Assembly (NCBI GenBank): GCA_010356995.1
Contig: ML996690.1
Span: 1,148,217-1,212,216, forward strand
Reading direction: 5' to 3'
DNA length: 64,000 bases
Source: Trichodelitschia bisporula
Lineage: Eukaryota
Positions 49,958 through 61,985 of this stretch are shown here, one piece after another (position 1 is the stretch's first letter; each line of letters begins with the position of its first letter). The position numbers were made by a program, and so were the translations under genes. The notes beneath the pieces are model-generated. The model did not search any database and had not been told where the DNA came from. It saw only the letters and a program-made list of their open reading frames with translations.

Positions 49958-50090
49958 CTAATGGAAGCAAAGATTGACGCGTGCGCAGGCTCCGGTATAT
50001 AGTGAATATTGAGAAAAAGACGAGGAAAGGAAGAGAGTCGAGAGGCTCACCAGAAATGGATTCACGATGTCCGCAGATGCTCCTTCAACC
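49958..50090 (+). repeat. Dispersed repeat family, copy D (most degenerate)
   Basis: 'ctaatggaagcaaag...tgaatattgagaaaaagacgaggaaaggaagagagtcgagag...acgatgt...tgctccttc' is colinear with copies A-C. Its 5' flank 'cgtcccccgaccttgtacctaatggaagca' resembles the copy B flank 'catccccaacgtctacgcgaatggaagca'. Confidence 0.5.
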
Positions 50091-50725
50091 ATTCGCACGT
50101 CATCGGGACCTGTCTCAGTCGTACGCACATTACGACATACTCGTAGTGCGACTTCCCTTGGGAAGCACCTTCCCCCAAGAGTGGTACGCACCAGACCACA
50201 CCGGGTACATGTAAAACTCATCAATTCTCTATCCAGCATGCCCACACCGCCGAAAGCAGAGACTTCATTGAAAGCACACCGCACAAAAAAACATACTCCC
50301 CCCAATGCCACCACCGCAACACCGCCGATACAGTAGAGTAAGCCCCAATACACCATCTCACCCCCTCCTTCCCAGCATCCCCGTCCAAAAAAAATGCTCT
50401 ACAGAGCCCTATACACAACTCAATCATAGTACCAGGCAATGCACTCTCAGTACCTGAAGCCAAAAACCAACAATACCAAGGACAATCCCCACCCACCGCG
50501 CGCCAGCACCTAAAAGCAACATAGCAAAAGGACGAGAAAAAAGGCCACATGCCATATGTAAACTATGCAGCGCACGAAACATGTCATGTTGGCGATCAGT
50601 GATACACTCCCACCAGCCCAGCCCAGTTCCCAGCTGCAGATTCCCAGTACGAAGTCTAGAGCCTCAGCTTGGCTTCCACCGTCCAGCTCCTCAATCAGGC
50701 TCCGCTAGAAAGCGATAAAGGCAGT

Positions 50726-52766
50726 CTACCGATCCCATGAATCGTCGTAATGGCTTGTCTTTGTCTCGGGCGTGGTAGACCAACTACGAAAATCAGACAC
50801 GGCTCTTTCAACAGTAACGAAAAAAAGGGAAACTTACATCCGCACCCGCCCGTCATCGCCGGCTGACGCAAATATACGCGGATTTTGGGGATGCCACGAT
50901 ACAGCATTGACGCAGCCCGAATCCACGGCCGTAAGTTCCTCAACGGGATGGCCCGTCGTGCGCCAGACGTAGATCTTCTTGTCTATTGCAGCCAAGATTA
51001 GCAACGCTCCATCTGGCACCACATCTGACAAGGGAAAAAGTGGACTTACCCTCACTCCCACTGACCACGAAGCCCTCATTCGCACCCCCAAACCCACTCC
51101 GAATCATGTAGTGCGTCTGCTTATGACCCTCAAAGGTCCGAACACACTCTCCAGTATCAATAACCAGGAGGCGAATGCGATTCGGGTTCATCCCAACAAG
51201 CATGTGCTTCGAATCGCTGGAAATCCGCACACTCGTCATCCTGAAATCGTCGAACTTGTACTCGCCGATCCTCTCCCGCGTAGGGAAATCATACACCAGA
51301 ATCCCCTTCTCGAGCAGCACGACGAGTCGCTGACCGTCAGGCGATAGACTAAGGTCAAAGACCCGAATCCGCTCTTTCCACTCAAATACGATCTCTTCAC
51401 TTCCATCGTCATTAATGGTCCACACACTGAGCGCCTTCGCCGAGTCCGTGGTGCCGATCACAAAGGTCTCGCCGTCGGGGGCCCATGCGGTAGCAGTGAC
51501 CGGCTGCTTGAACTCGGTGAGGTGGTGCAGGATCTCGCCGGTCTATGTATGTCAGAATCTGGAAATAAATAGGAATACGAAAACGTACATTGGCATCCCA
51601 GATCCGAGCATCGCATTCCGGCTCCTTTGTGCTTGTTAGTAGCTTCGAATCGTCCGGACTCCACGAAAGATAGCACACGCCCGCCTCGTGCCCATCTAGG
51701 CGGTGCAGAATTTCCCAGGTCTGAGTATCATAGATGAGAACCAGATGGTCCGCACTTGCGGTTGCGAGCTTAGAGCCGTCGTTCGAAAACGACAGAAACC
51801 ACACTTCGTCCGAATGATCCGCTAACTGCCGCACCGGGACTGTGGGGAAGCCGTCACGGGTGCAAGAATGGTCCGTGTACAGGGACGGTGATTCAACCGT
51901 ATTGTGGAAAAGGCAGTTCTGCATCCAGTGCGACTTGACTTCGCTGAGAAGGACGGCGAGCCGGTGCTCAGGGATCATGACACTGGGGGAGATGGATCCT
52001 GGAAAGTTAGAGAAGGCTCTTAGGGGACAAGGGAAGGGCAAACGTACTGGAGAGTTCGGAGAGCAGATGACGTCGTGACTGTCCAGCTGCTCCATCCCAG
52101 TTCGCTTGGGTTTTGAGGTCCTCGACGGATTGACACATCATAAGACTGTGCGAGTTAGAATGCGAAAGAAGAATGCGAAAGAACTGACCTCGAGAGTGCA
52201 TGTAACCGTGAAATGTCGCGATTCAACGGTGTCAGCTCTTGGCGAAGCACCATGAGTGCGGCTCCAAGATCTCGAAGCTCCAGGTACTCGAGGTACTTTT
52301 GCTGCCGCATCCAGAAGAGCATCTCTTCACGATTCGCTCCGTCCGCCAGTTTCAAACCACCACCATAGCCCCGATAATCCCATTCTCTGTACCCGGATGC
52401 CGCACGCTTCCCACTGCCTCCATCAAAACCAACTCCGCTGCCATCGAACCCCGTGCCGAAGAGCAACGCCTCCGCCTCTGGCCAATCTCCGTGGAGAACG
52501 GCATTCCTAAACGCCGCCACCGTTGGCCCCTCCAGCTCGTACCCGCTCTCGTGCCCCAGCGTCTGTGCCGCGTGGTCATATCCCAAGTCATTCAGGCTCT
52601 GAATGAGGATCCGCGTCACTTCCTCCCTGTCATGTCCGAACCATGTCTGTGACCGCAAGGCCGCCACCCCATTGCCGTTGGCCGACTTGTGCACGCCGTT
52701 TCGGCCGTTGGTCGCGCGGCGATCAACACCGTTGCCGACCTCGGAGTGGTCGCCCATCAGAATCAT
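50726..52766 (-). CDS. GID7: WDR26/Gid7-type LisH-CTLH-WD40 subunit of the GID/CTLH ligase, multi-exon
   Basis: 'GHDREEVTRILIQSLNDLGY', 'QQKYLEYLE', 'LRQELTPL', 'ISPSVMIPEHRL', 'HSDEVWFLSFSNDG', 'IRSGFGG' and 'FASAGDDGRVRI|W'. Confidence 0.88.
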
Positions 52767-54303
52767 GTCGGGAGGGGAGGGCGAGTGCGTGGGCGATTGC
52801 GAGCGGCGGCGCTTGGGGTGGCCTGTGACGGCGGCTGGCGGCGAGGGCGACCGCCGGCGTTTGAGCGTTGGAGAAGAGGGTGCGAAGGCGGGGGTTTCGG
52901 GAAGCGCGGCGGTGGAGGCGGTTGGGTTGAGTGGTGGTGCCAGGACGGCGTTTTACTGCTGTGTGTGTTGCTTTGAGGGGGCGGGCCCGGGCTCAAAGCT
53001 ACAGCATGAGCGGGTGCTCTGTGGTTCAGGTGGAGAGGAAGAGTCGTGAGGTTGGTGAGCTGCGGGGGGTCTCGGAGATGGCGGAATGCTAGAGGTTGAA
53101 GCCGGACGTAGCTGAGCGCAGTTGATATGTTGCAAAGCTGGAGAAGATCGATATGAGGGTGGTGAGAGTGAAAACTTGGTGGTATGGAGAGTCTGTGAAA
53201 GAAGATGAAGGTAAGAGGGTTGTTGGTGTTTCGTGGAGTGAGGTCGTCACGACTCACGGGGAGCGAGAGCTTGTCACTTCGTCCCAGTCTGGGCGCTGGC
53301 TGCTGGCGGCACTGCTGGCGCGCAGGGAGAGCCTATCAGAGACCCTGTGAGGAAGCGTGGGTAACGGCGATCTGCGGGCACGCAGAGAGGGGACCAGGGT
53401 GGGGAGGTGATGCAGATGAAGAGAGGCCAGAGTTACGGACAAAGTAGTTCCTATTGCGAAATAACAGAGTGAGGTAACAGAGTTCATGCGGCAAATGCTT
53501 GAGTTGCAAGGGGGGAGAGGAGACACAAAAGAGGCGGAGGATTGCTAGGCGAGGAGAGGTCTTGCTGATGAGGGAGGGGGTGGGGAAGGTGGAGGGGGAG
53601 ATGTTAGAGTTGCAGCAGGTGGCATGAAGGGGACAGGTGCATCTGACGCTTCTCAGCAATGCAAGCAGCAAGCCAGCAGGCGGGAAACTGCGCTATTCAC
53701 CCCGGCCTTGTAGTCAAGTGGCTTCTGGCTTTATCTCTCCCCAAGTACCTCCGTATATCCCACTCCTTCTTATCCACTCTTAGCCGCAAGACTCTCGCCA
53801 TACCAAACACTTTCCCGTCCTTATGACCGCCGAGTGACGCGCCATTCGCTGTCTCTCAGCACAACGGGTAACCTGCCACTCAATCACGGTTGCGCCACGC
53901 CATCTACGTGTCAATCACGAAATCAAACGCTGCGGGAATTGTTTTCTTTTGCTTAACACTCGTATGTATCCGTCAAAGAACCGAGACTCCTGTTGCATCA
54001 ACAGTTGCCATCGCGGTACTCAACCCCGACGCGTACCGCAAGGCACATGCTAACGACAACAAGAGTCCATGACAATGTGGATTAGGACAACACCCCGGAC
54101 AAACTTTTGTACAGTGGAAGAAACGAAGACGGATTGTCCCGTTCACTATCGCTCTCGTTCAAAGCATCTGCCATATTGCCGATGCCTAGGTAAGGTATCT
54201 CCTGAACCAGAAGACCGCCTATTCTTCTTCATCATCACCATTAGTATAGGATCCCGCAAAATTGCACGCATTAAAACACAACGCCGACCCAGGGGTATTT
54301 CCA

Positions 54304-55390
54304 CTAAGTACGGCGCTTCGGAGGGGGAGAGTCGCCATCGTCGTTCTTGCGCTTCGAGCTACGACCCGTGACGAGGGCACGGATGTCGACCTCCTCGTCG
54401 CTCTCGTCTTCGTCCTCTTCGAATTCGATCTCGGACATTTGCTCGTCGTCTCGTTCTTGAGCTGCGGCTTACAGGGTTACCGACGAAAAGCTTCATCACC
54501 CACAAAGACTTACTGAAATACTTGATCGCGTTCGGCCAGACATCATCGGCCAGCACCAGGGCTAGATCCTCGCCGTGCGGGCAGATCTCAATTTCGGCCT
54601 CAGCCTCGAAGTCCTCGTTCCACTCTGGCTCCTCGACCTTGTCGCCGCGCGCGCGGGCGGCCCGACGCTCCTGCTCCGCTTGGTTGCCCTTCTCCGCTTC
54701 ATCGGCACTGACGTACACCCGCTCAGACACGAATCCGAAGAGCGCGAAAAAGCCGACAGAGGTAGGATCCATCTTCTCGACCATCTCCAGCAGCGCCTTG
54801 TGCGCAGGCAGCTCCAGGCGCTGCTGGACAGTCGCCGTTAAGTTGGCCTTGCGCTCATCCCACGCACGCACCGCGGCATCCGTCAGGCCTTGAGTAAGAT
54901 CCTGGCCCTCTTTCCAGTTGATCTTGACGGGCTCGGATACAAGGCCAACCCAGCCGTCAGGTGAGCGACGGTAATGGAACTTCTTCTCCAGGACCGTGTC
55001 GCTAAACCACTCGTTCTCGGAGAAGGTGAGCTTCAGGGCAATGGAGCGTGGCGTCGCAGCGCATTCGAACCGCTCGATGCTGACACCCTTGAGGCACTCG
55101 GCAAAGAGCTCGCTGTCCGACGGCGTGATGTATTGGTCGAGTTCCGGAGGGGACTGCTCGAAGACGAGGGCCCAAAAGTTCGGGATCTTGTCGGTGAAGT
55201 CCTTGCGCTTCGCGTAGAGCGGCTTGGTCATTTCATACTGTTTTCGCACTGGGCAGTCAGCAGAGCCAGATAAAATTTGATAGAAGGGCATACTGATCTC
55301 GGTCTCGACATCGTCGAACTCATGCTCAAGCACGATAAGCTGCTCGTATGTGACGGGCGACGCCTCGATGGCGCCATTTGACGAAGACAT
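54304..55390 (-). CDS. Nucleosome assembly protein (NAP/SET/Vps75 family), 3 exons
   Basis: 'PLYAKRK', 'KIPNFWALVF', 'FSENEWF...LEKKF', 'VKINWKEG', 'DDVWPNAIKYF', then an acidic tail ending in an NLS-like 'PPPKRRT'. Confidence 0.88.
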
Positions 55391-56424
55391 TATGGACCTT
55401 CGGGTTGCAGATTGTGAAGGAAAATGAAGGTGCGGAAGAAATGCTTGTCGGTATTTTAAGCGCACCGGCGAGTGTTGGTGAACGGAAGTTTAGTTCTCCC
55501 AACCGTATAAGTGAAATGGTTGGGGCGCAACAAAAAACGATGTCGGTCCCCATTATCGATAAGCTTAGCGCGTGCCATCGAGGTTGTGGCTTGCTCAAAG
55601 CTGTGGCTTGACGATTGGGCGGGTGAGTGTGGGGACTTCCGCAATAATGGTGAATGGGGAAGCTTATCAATCGCTCTGCATGTTTTGGACGGATGGTGAA
55701 GAGGAAGACGATGCTGTTGTCTTTGTCGTAGCTGGCGGAATTTTGCAAGTCATCAGCTTCTCGCCATCCCCTTCTGCGCGTACCATGATGTATACCAGGT
55801 GTCTGCTGGAGTACATATATCATAAGTAAGTAGTAGGCTGAGTGTGAAGATCAGTGTCATCATAATTTGCCTCATTGTCGCCTGAGGCATGACTTTGCGC
55901 CTTGCGTTTGCGTTTGCGTTCTCGACTTCGGACGTTGACCGTGCAGCAGACAAACACCTCAAAAGCTTCGATTATCATCTTCAATCACGGATGTTTTACT
56001 CTACTACAACCCATCAATGATATGAACTCGCGGGTGTAGATATAGAAAGACATATCCCGCCCGAACCATGACCGCAAACCTGCACGTGAGCGCGGGGCTA
56101 GGACGAGCCGCTCCAAGGCTTGTGTTGTCAGCCGCAGACCCACCCACCCGTGCCCCCGAGCAGCCCCCCGTATTTTGACTTCCCGCCTGAGATAACCTGG
56201 GACCTTGAACCTTCCCGCAACAACCGCACTAAAGCAGACTCGGCCTCCAGGCAAACCTTGGGAATTCTTTTTGATCGTTTGTAGCACAATCTCGAAAGCG
56301 TAAATCCACTGTCGTCTGCCTAGCAGCTCCGAATACCCCCCTCCGCCACCGGCTCCTCCGCCACTTCCCCCACACAACCAACTACCCCGCCTCGCCACCC
56401 TCTTCTCCGCAACAAACAGTCACC

Positions 56425-58367
56425 ATGGAGGACGACCAAAAGCAGCGGCAGTTGTCCCAGGACCAGTACTTTGACACGGCCATCCGCGCGGTGCGCCAGA
56501 AGAAGCCGTTGCCGGAAATCGATTTCACGCTGCACACGATGGAGGATGGCACCAACGTGAGCACGCTGGACCGCGTCTGCAAGGGTAGGCTTTCAGCTTC
56601 AGCGTGATTGTACGGCCACTAACAGTCGCAGACGTGCAGGCACCTGCCTTCCACCCGCCGACGGACGAGCAATTTTGGAATGCGGACCGGTCGAAGCCGA
56701 ATTTGCAGTTCCTCAAGCAGCACTTCTACCGCGAGGGCCGCCTCACGCACGAGCAAGCGCTCTGGATCATCCGCGAAGGTACCAAGGTACTGCGCTCCGA
56801 GCCAAACCTGCTGGAGATGGACGCACCTATCACGGTGTGCGGTGACGTACACGGGCAGTACTATGATCTTATGAAGCTGTTCGAGGTTGGCGGTGACCCA
56901 GCTGAGACGCGCTACCTGTTCCTCGGGGATTATGTCGACCGCGGGTACTTTAGCATTGAGGTGAGTTTGCTCACTTACTTCAGCTAAGTCGAATCAAGCT
57001 GACTTCTTAGTGCGTGCTGTACCTCTGGGCTCTCAAGATCTGGTATCCGAACACACTGTGGTTGCTGCGCGGTAACCACGAGTGTCGCCACCTCACGGAT
57101 TACTTTACGTTCAAGCTCGAATGCAAGCACAAGTATTCGGAGGAGATCTACGAGGCGTGCATGGACTCGTTCTGCGCACTTCCTCTGGCTGCGGTCATGA
57201 ACAAGCAGTTTCTCTGCATCCACGGTGGTCTGAGCCCGGAGCTTCACACGCTGGAGGACCTCAAGAGCGTAAGTGCTGATTCAAAAGCCACCGAGCACTA
57301 CCAACCCTTCAGATTGACCGTTTCCGCGAGCCGCCGACGCATGGTCTGATGTGCGATATCTTGTGGGCCGATCCGCTCGAGGAGTTCGGTCAGGAGAAGA
57401 CGCAGGAGTTCTTTGTGCACAATCACGTGCGCGGCTGCTCGTACTTTTTCTCATATCCGGCGGCATGTGCCTTCCTGGAGAAGAACAACTTGCTGTCCAT
57501 CATTCGTGCCCACGAGGCGCAGGATGCCGGCTACAGGATGTACCGCAAGACGCGTACGACGGGCTTCCCCAGCGTCATGACCATCTTCAGCGCACCCAAC
57601 TACCTCGATGTGTACAACAACAAGGCGGCGGTCCTGAAATACGAGAATAATGTCATGAACATTCGGCAATTCAGTAGGTCACCCTTTTTATTACTGGAAC
57701 TGCGCTAACAGACAGATTGTACGCCTCATCCGTACTGGCTGCCCAACTTCATGGATGTTTTCACCTGGTCGCTGCCATTTGTCGGCGAGAAGATTACGGA
57801 CATGCTTATCGCCATCCTCAACACGTGCTCCAAGGAAGAGCTTGAAGATGATACCCCATCGTCGCTCATTTCCGGCCCTGCGTCGCCGCCGATCACTGGG
57901 CCGCTCGATCCCGAGAGCACAGAGTTCAAGCGGCGCGCTATCAAGAACAAGATCCTGGCCATTGGGCGCCTGTCGCGTGTCTTCCAGGTGCTGCGTGAGG
58001 AGTCTGAGCGTGTCACGGAGCTCAAGACGGCGTCGGGGGGACGTCTCCCTGCTGGAACTCTCATGCTGGGCGCCGAGGGCATCAAGCAAGCGATTCACAG
58101 CTTCGAAGATGCGCGCAAGGTGGATATACAGAATGAACGGCTGCCGCCGTCCCATGACGAGGTGCGTCGCTCGCATGATCTCTCCCGCTCTGAGGCGCTG
58201 GATCGCGCGAGTCGTGAAGCGGATAATGATCCTGAGGTACAGCGGATTGCGCGTCGCATCAGCTTGTGAGTAGTTTCCGCATTCATATTGATGATCTCGG
58301 TGCTAATAAATTCAGGTCTCAGGGCTCGAGCAGCCGCAGCCCTCGGCGGGCACCCGGGGGGGTGTAG
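56425..58367 (+). CDS. cnaA: Calcineurin catalytic subunit A (PP2B), 6 exons
   Basis: 'GDVHGQ', 'GDYVDRG', 'LRGNHE', 'FSAPNY', '[14 protein letters not shown]', CaM-binding '[15 protein letters not shown]' and autoinhibitory '[16 protein letters not shown]'. Confidence 0.97.
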
Positions 58368-58709
58368 GGTTGAGGTCTAGTAGGTCCAACGCCAACACGA
58401 GGCAAAAGTGAGCACGATACGGGGCGAGCGACGGACGGCGCGACGAGATGAGGGGCGGTTGGGCCATGTTTTCTGCTTCTTTCGGTAGTTAGCCAGTCCG
58501 GACAATTGATACCAGCGATAGGGTTGAATGATAAGTGGTTTTCTGCGTTGGAGCGGCGTGCCTTGTGACGTGTTTGTGCCCCTCGTGCCGCGCGTAGCTT
58601 GAGGTTGATGTCAAGGTGGCCCGTGCGCCTGACCTCATCTACGTCTCCGGGCAGCAAGAAAAAGGCCTTCCGCGAAATAACGACTCCACATCGCCATTTC
58701 ACTCTCCTT

Positions 58710-60773
58710 ATGCCGCTCCGCGTGAACCAGGCGCTTTACATCGCGCCCCGCGCACCGGCTTGCTCGGCATGTCGTGCTCAACGGGCAATTGCGCGACGGA
58801 GACCGGCGACGTCACCGGCCGACTGCACGATGAAGCTCACAGCGGGGTTTTCACGATCAATACGCACGGTCACGACTTCAGCCTCCAGTACAGCTAGACT
58901 TGCGACTCGCGATACGCCTCTCCGCTCCGCTCTCTCACGACGAACACCAACTGTCGCACCTCGCCACCCCACGTCGAGAACATACACGACCCCAACCCCA
59001 ACAAGTACAATCGGCCACCCGAGCACCAGCATACCCGCCCACCTCGAGCCCCTCTACACCGCCCTCGAACACCTCTCCCAAGCCGCAGCATCGTACACCC
59101 CGCTCCCAGCACTAGGTCTCGCGTTGCGCGCCCTCGAGACCGCGACACCGACGACGCGCATCGCGCTGCTGGGCTTCGGGCCTGGGGGAAGGGAAGCGGC
59201 GGCACAGGTCGCGCGACTACTTACTGCAGATCCGCTCAGTGAAGAAGGAGACTGGGAAGACTGGGTCGAGGATGCGGGGAGGGGGGGTAGGGCGGTGGTC
59301 ATACGGTGAGTCGGGCAGATTTGGTGTGTGGGTGTGGGCTAATGGGGTAGATATGGCAAGCCGGATCGGCCTGAGACGCCGAATCCGATATTAAGGACGA
59401 TGACCGTGCCGAGCCGCGCGCTGCAGAAAGGGAGGATTGAGTTACTCCTTGCGGAATTGCCACTCGCTGCGCGACCCGTGGAGGATCCGGCGGAGGCAAT
59501 TCTCACGCCGACGCTCATGTCCCCGAGAGGTGGGCGCGAGACGGTTGTTTTTCCCGTGCACAAGGCGGCGCTGGTAGGCCGTGGGCCCGGTGGGCTGGTC
59601 ACGTACGGGCGGTACACGGCAGCAGCGGGTACATCACTTCCAGCGGACCGGGTGAAGGTGCTCGTCGACCTCCCAGCAGCCTCCCCGTCCGAAGGCGAGG
59701 CTACCGCAATCGACATCATGCAGGCAGCTAAGGGCCTCGACGCAATCCGCGCCTCCGTAGCCCGCGCCCCGGACTTCGAGCGCGCGTGGGCGGCGTCGCA
59801 TATCGCTTCCGTGGCGGAGTGGCTCGAAGCCGGCACCGAGCCTTTAGAAGGCGGTCTCGCGCCCGCACACCGTGCGCTCGTCATCAGCGTGCTTACTTCT
59901 ACCGCCGCTTCGATAGCCCTAGACGCCACGCGCGCCGCGGCCAGTACTACCGCGCACTCCATTCCACAGTCTAAGCGCACCCATTTGCTTGCGGAACTCG
60001 AAACGTGGGCCGAAAAAGCGCACTCCGAGGTCCGTGATCTGGAAGGCGTTTTCAGAGGCCGCCTATGGGGGCGTGTAAAATGGTGGAAACTTTTTTGGCG
60101 TGCGGATGATGTTGGGGATACGGCGGGTGCTTTGGTAGGGAATGCGTTCCTGGCGGATGCGGAGCGGGGGGCTGTTTTTCTGGCGGGACGGGTGCGGGAG
60201 GCGGGATTGGTTAGGGGGGGGGAGTGGGAGGTTGAGGGGCCTCGTATGCCGAAGGCGCCGGAGGGGAAGACGGTGCCCGTGCCGCGGATTGCGGATTTGG
60301 TGAGGGTGGATTATGAGGGGATTGTGGAGGGGGTTGGGGGGGTGAGGATCGGGCCGTGGCCGGCGCATATTGCCCTCGCCAGGGAGGCGCTGCTCCGCAC
60401 CAGCGTGCCGGTGTTACAGGCAATGGCGCAGCGGATGCTGCTTCAGTGCCTTACGACTATTGGGGGGGCGGCGGGTTTGAGTGCCGCCGGGTATGTGGCT
60501 GGCTTCACGGGGTTTGAGGTTGGGGCTGTGGGGGCGCTTGGGGTTGTTATTGCGCTTAGGCGGTTGCAGAGGGGGTGGGAGGGGGTAAGGGCGGGATGGG
60601 AGGGCGAGGTTAGGGAGGAGGGGCGGAGGGCGGTGAGGGGGGTTGAGGGGGTTGTTAGGGGGGTTGTTATGCGTCCTGATCCCAGGTTGGTGGAGGGTGT
60701 GGAGGAGAGGAGGGTTGCGAGGGAGGCGCTGAGGGGGGTTGAAGACGCGTTGGGGCAATTTCGGGAGGACTAG
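58710..60773 (+). CDS. mmc1: Mmc1-like mitochondrial protein; intron approx. 59306-59351 (alternative start at 58830)
   Basis: Arg/Ser/Thr-rich presequence-like N-terminus, 'RLLTADPL', and 'WAEKAHSE...WGRVKWWKLFWRADDV' as I recall for the Mmc1 C-terminal region. Two C-terminal hydrophobic segments precede 'LRRLQRGWE'. Confidence 0.7.
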
Positions 60774-60834
60774 ACGGCAGGGGCTACTAGATACACACAC
60801 TCTAGATGCATGGGGCAGATGTACTTGTACATAT

Positions 60835-61753
60835 CTACGCTGCATACCCCCCTTCCGCTCCCACGCCCAGCGGGGCAAGTATCTTCTCCTGCACAACGCG
60901 GTTCGCAACCCCGCCGCCTTGTTCCAGGGCCAGCGCGCCGATGATGGCGTAGATGGTTTGCGTGACGACGACTTCTTGGCCTGAGCCGCGGAGATTCTCA
61001 GCCTAGGTTGCGCCAGCATTGTCAGCATGACACATATACACACACACGCTTATCACAAGGGAATGGGAATGGAACCCACCTTCTTCGGCCGCCACCGCAT
61101 CACACCCGTCACGCCATACGTATCCCCCAACTGCGCCAACCGCGTCTTATCTAGCACCCGCCGCTTCGCGCCCTGGGAAAGGTGTTCCAGCGGCGCGAGC
61201 GCGGGATGTGCGTAGGGCCGGCGGCCATGCGCGTCCGGTGCCCCCAACTCCACGCTCTCGGCTCCGGGTGCGAGGAGCGCGAGGCTCGTTTGCAGCTCTA
61301 CGATCCTTCGCCCTACACCCTCATTAGCCATGGTTCCGCCATCTCACCCCCCCCTCCCCCGGAGCCGGGGCACATACCGAGATAGCTCAAGCGATCATTA
61401 AACCCCCTCCTCCCCTGATCAAAGCTCTTATGCGTGACCGCCAGCCACTTCACCTCCTCGCTCAGGAGCCCCGCGCCGCCGGGACCCAGGAGGGAAGTGT
61501 ACATAGCGTCCAGCCGCGTGGGGTCGGTGTTTACGGCCCATTCGTTGTTTTTGGGCTTCGGGCGGACGCGGATGGGCATGCTCATGCGGGGGGGGGTTTG
61601 GGCCCAGCGGGGGAGGGGGGACGGGGTTGTGGTGCTGGGGGAGGAGGAGGATGGGACGATGGAGGAAGGGGGTGGGGTGCTGGTGTAGGCTCGTATGGCG
61701 GGGAGGCATTGTGGTAGCCGGCGCAGGGCGCGGAGGGGCGTGGGGGATGCCAT
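60835..61753 (-). CDS. MRPL15: Mitochondrial ribosomal protein mL57 (RNase III-like fold), 3 exons
   Basis: Presequence-like N-terminus. Motifs 'LSEEVKWLAVTHKSFDQGRRGFNDRLSYLG|RRIVELQ' and 'YAIIGALALEQGGGVANRVVQEKIL'. Confidence 0.88.
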
Positions 61754-61985
61754 GGTGGTGATGGGATGGGGAGGGTTGGTGGTGGTGATGCCGATGTGGT
61801 GTCGCGCGGCGAAACTTTTCGGAGGATCCGTGCGCAGGGCTGGGTCCACAATACGTACCCCTTGCGCGCAGCCGGGGGAAACACCACGACAAACATCTCG
61901 ACTTTCACCGCTAATTTGGATATCCGCAACGCACTCTATCGGTAGGTTCACGAGTATTCCAATTTCGTATGATTATTCTCTAAAT

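Noticed and set aside
56185..56215. CTGAGA...GAACCT resembling a TPP riboswitch core upstream of cnaA
   Set aside because: It lacks the downstream GAT..TAAT..C..GCG elements and the stems, and the gene context is unrelated to thiamine.
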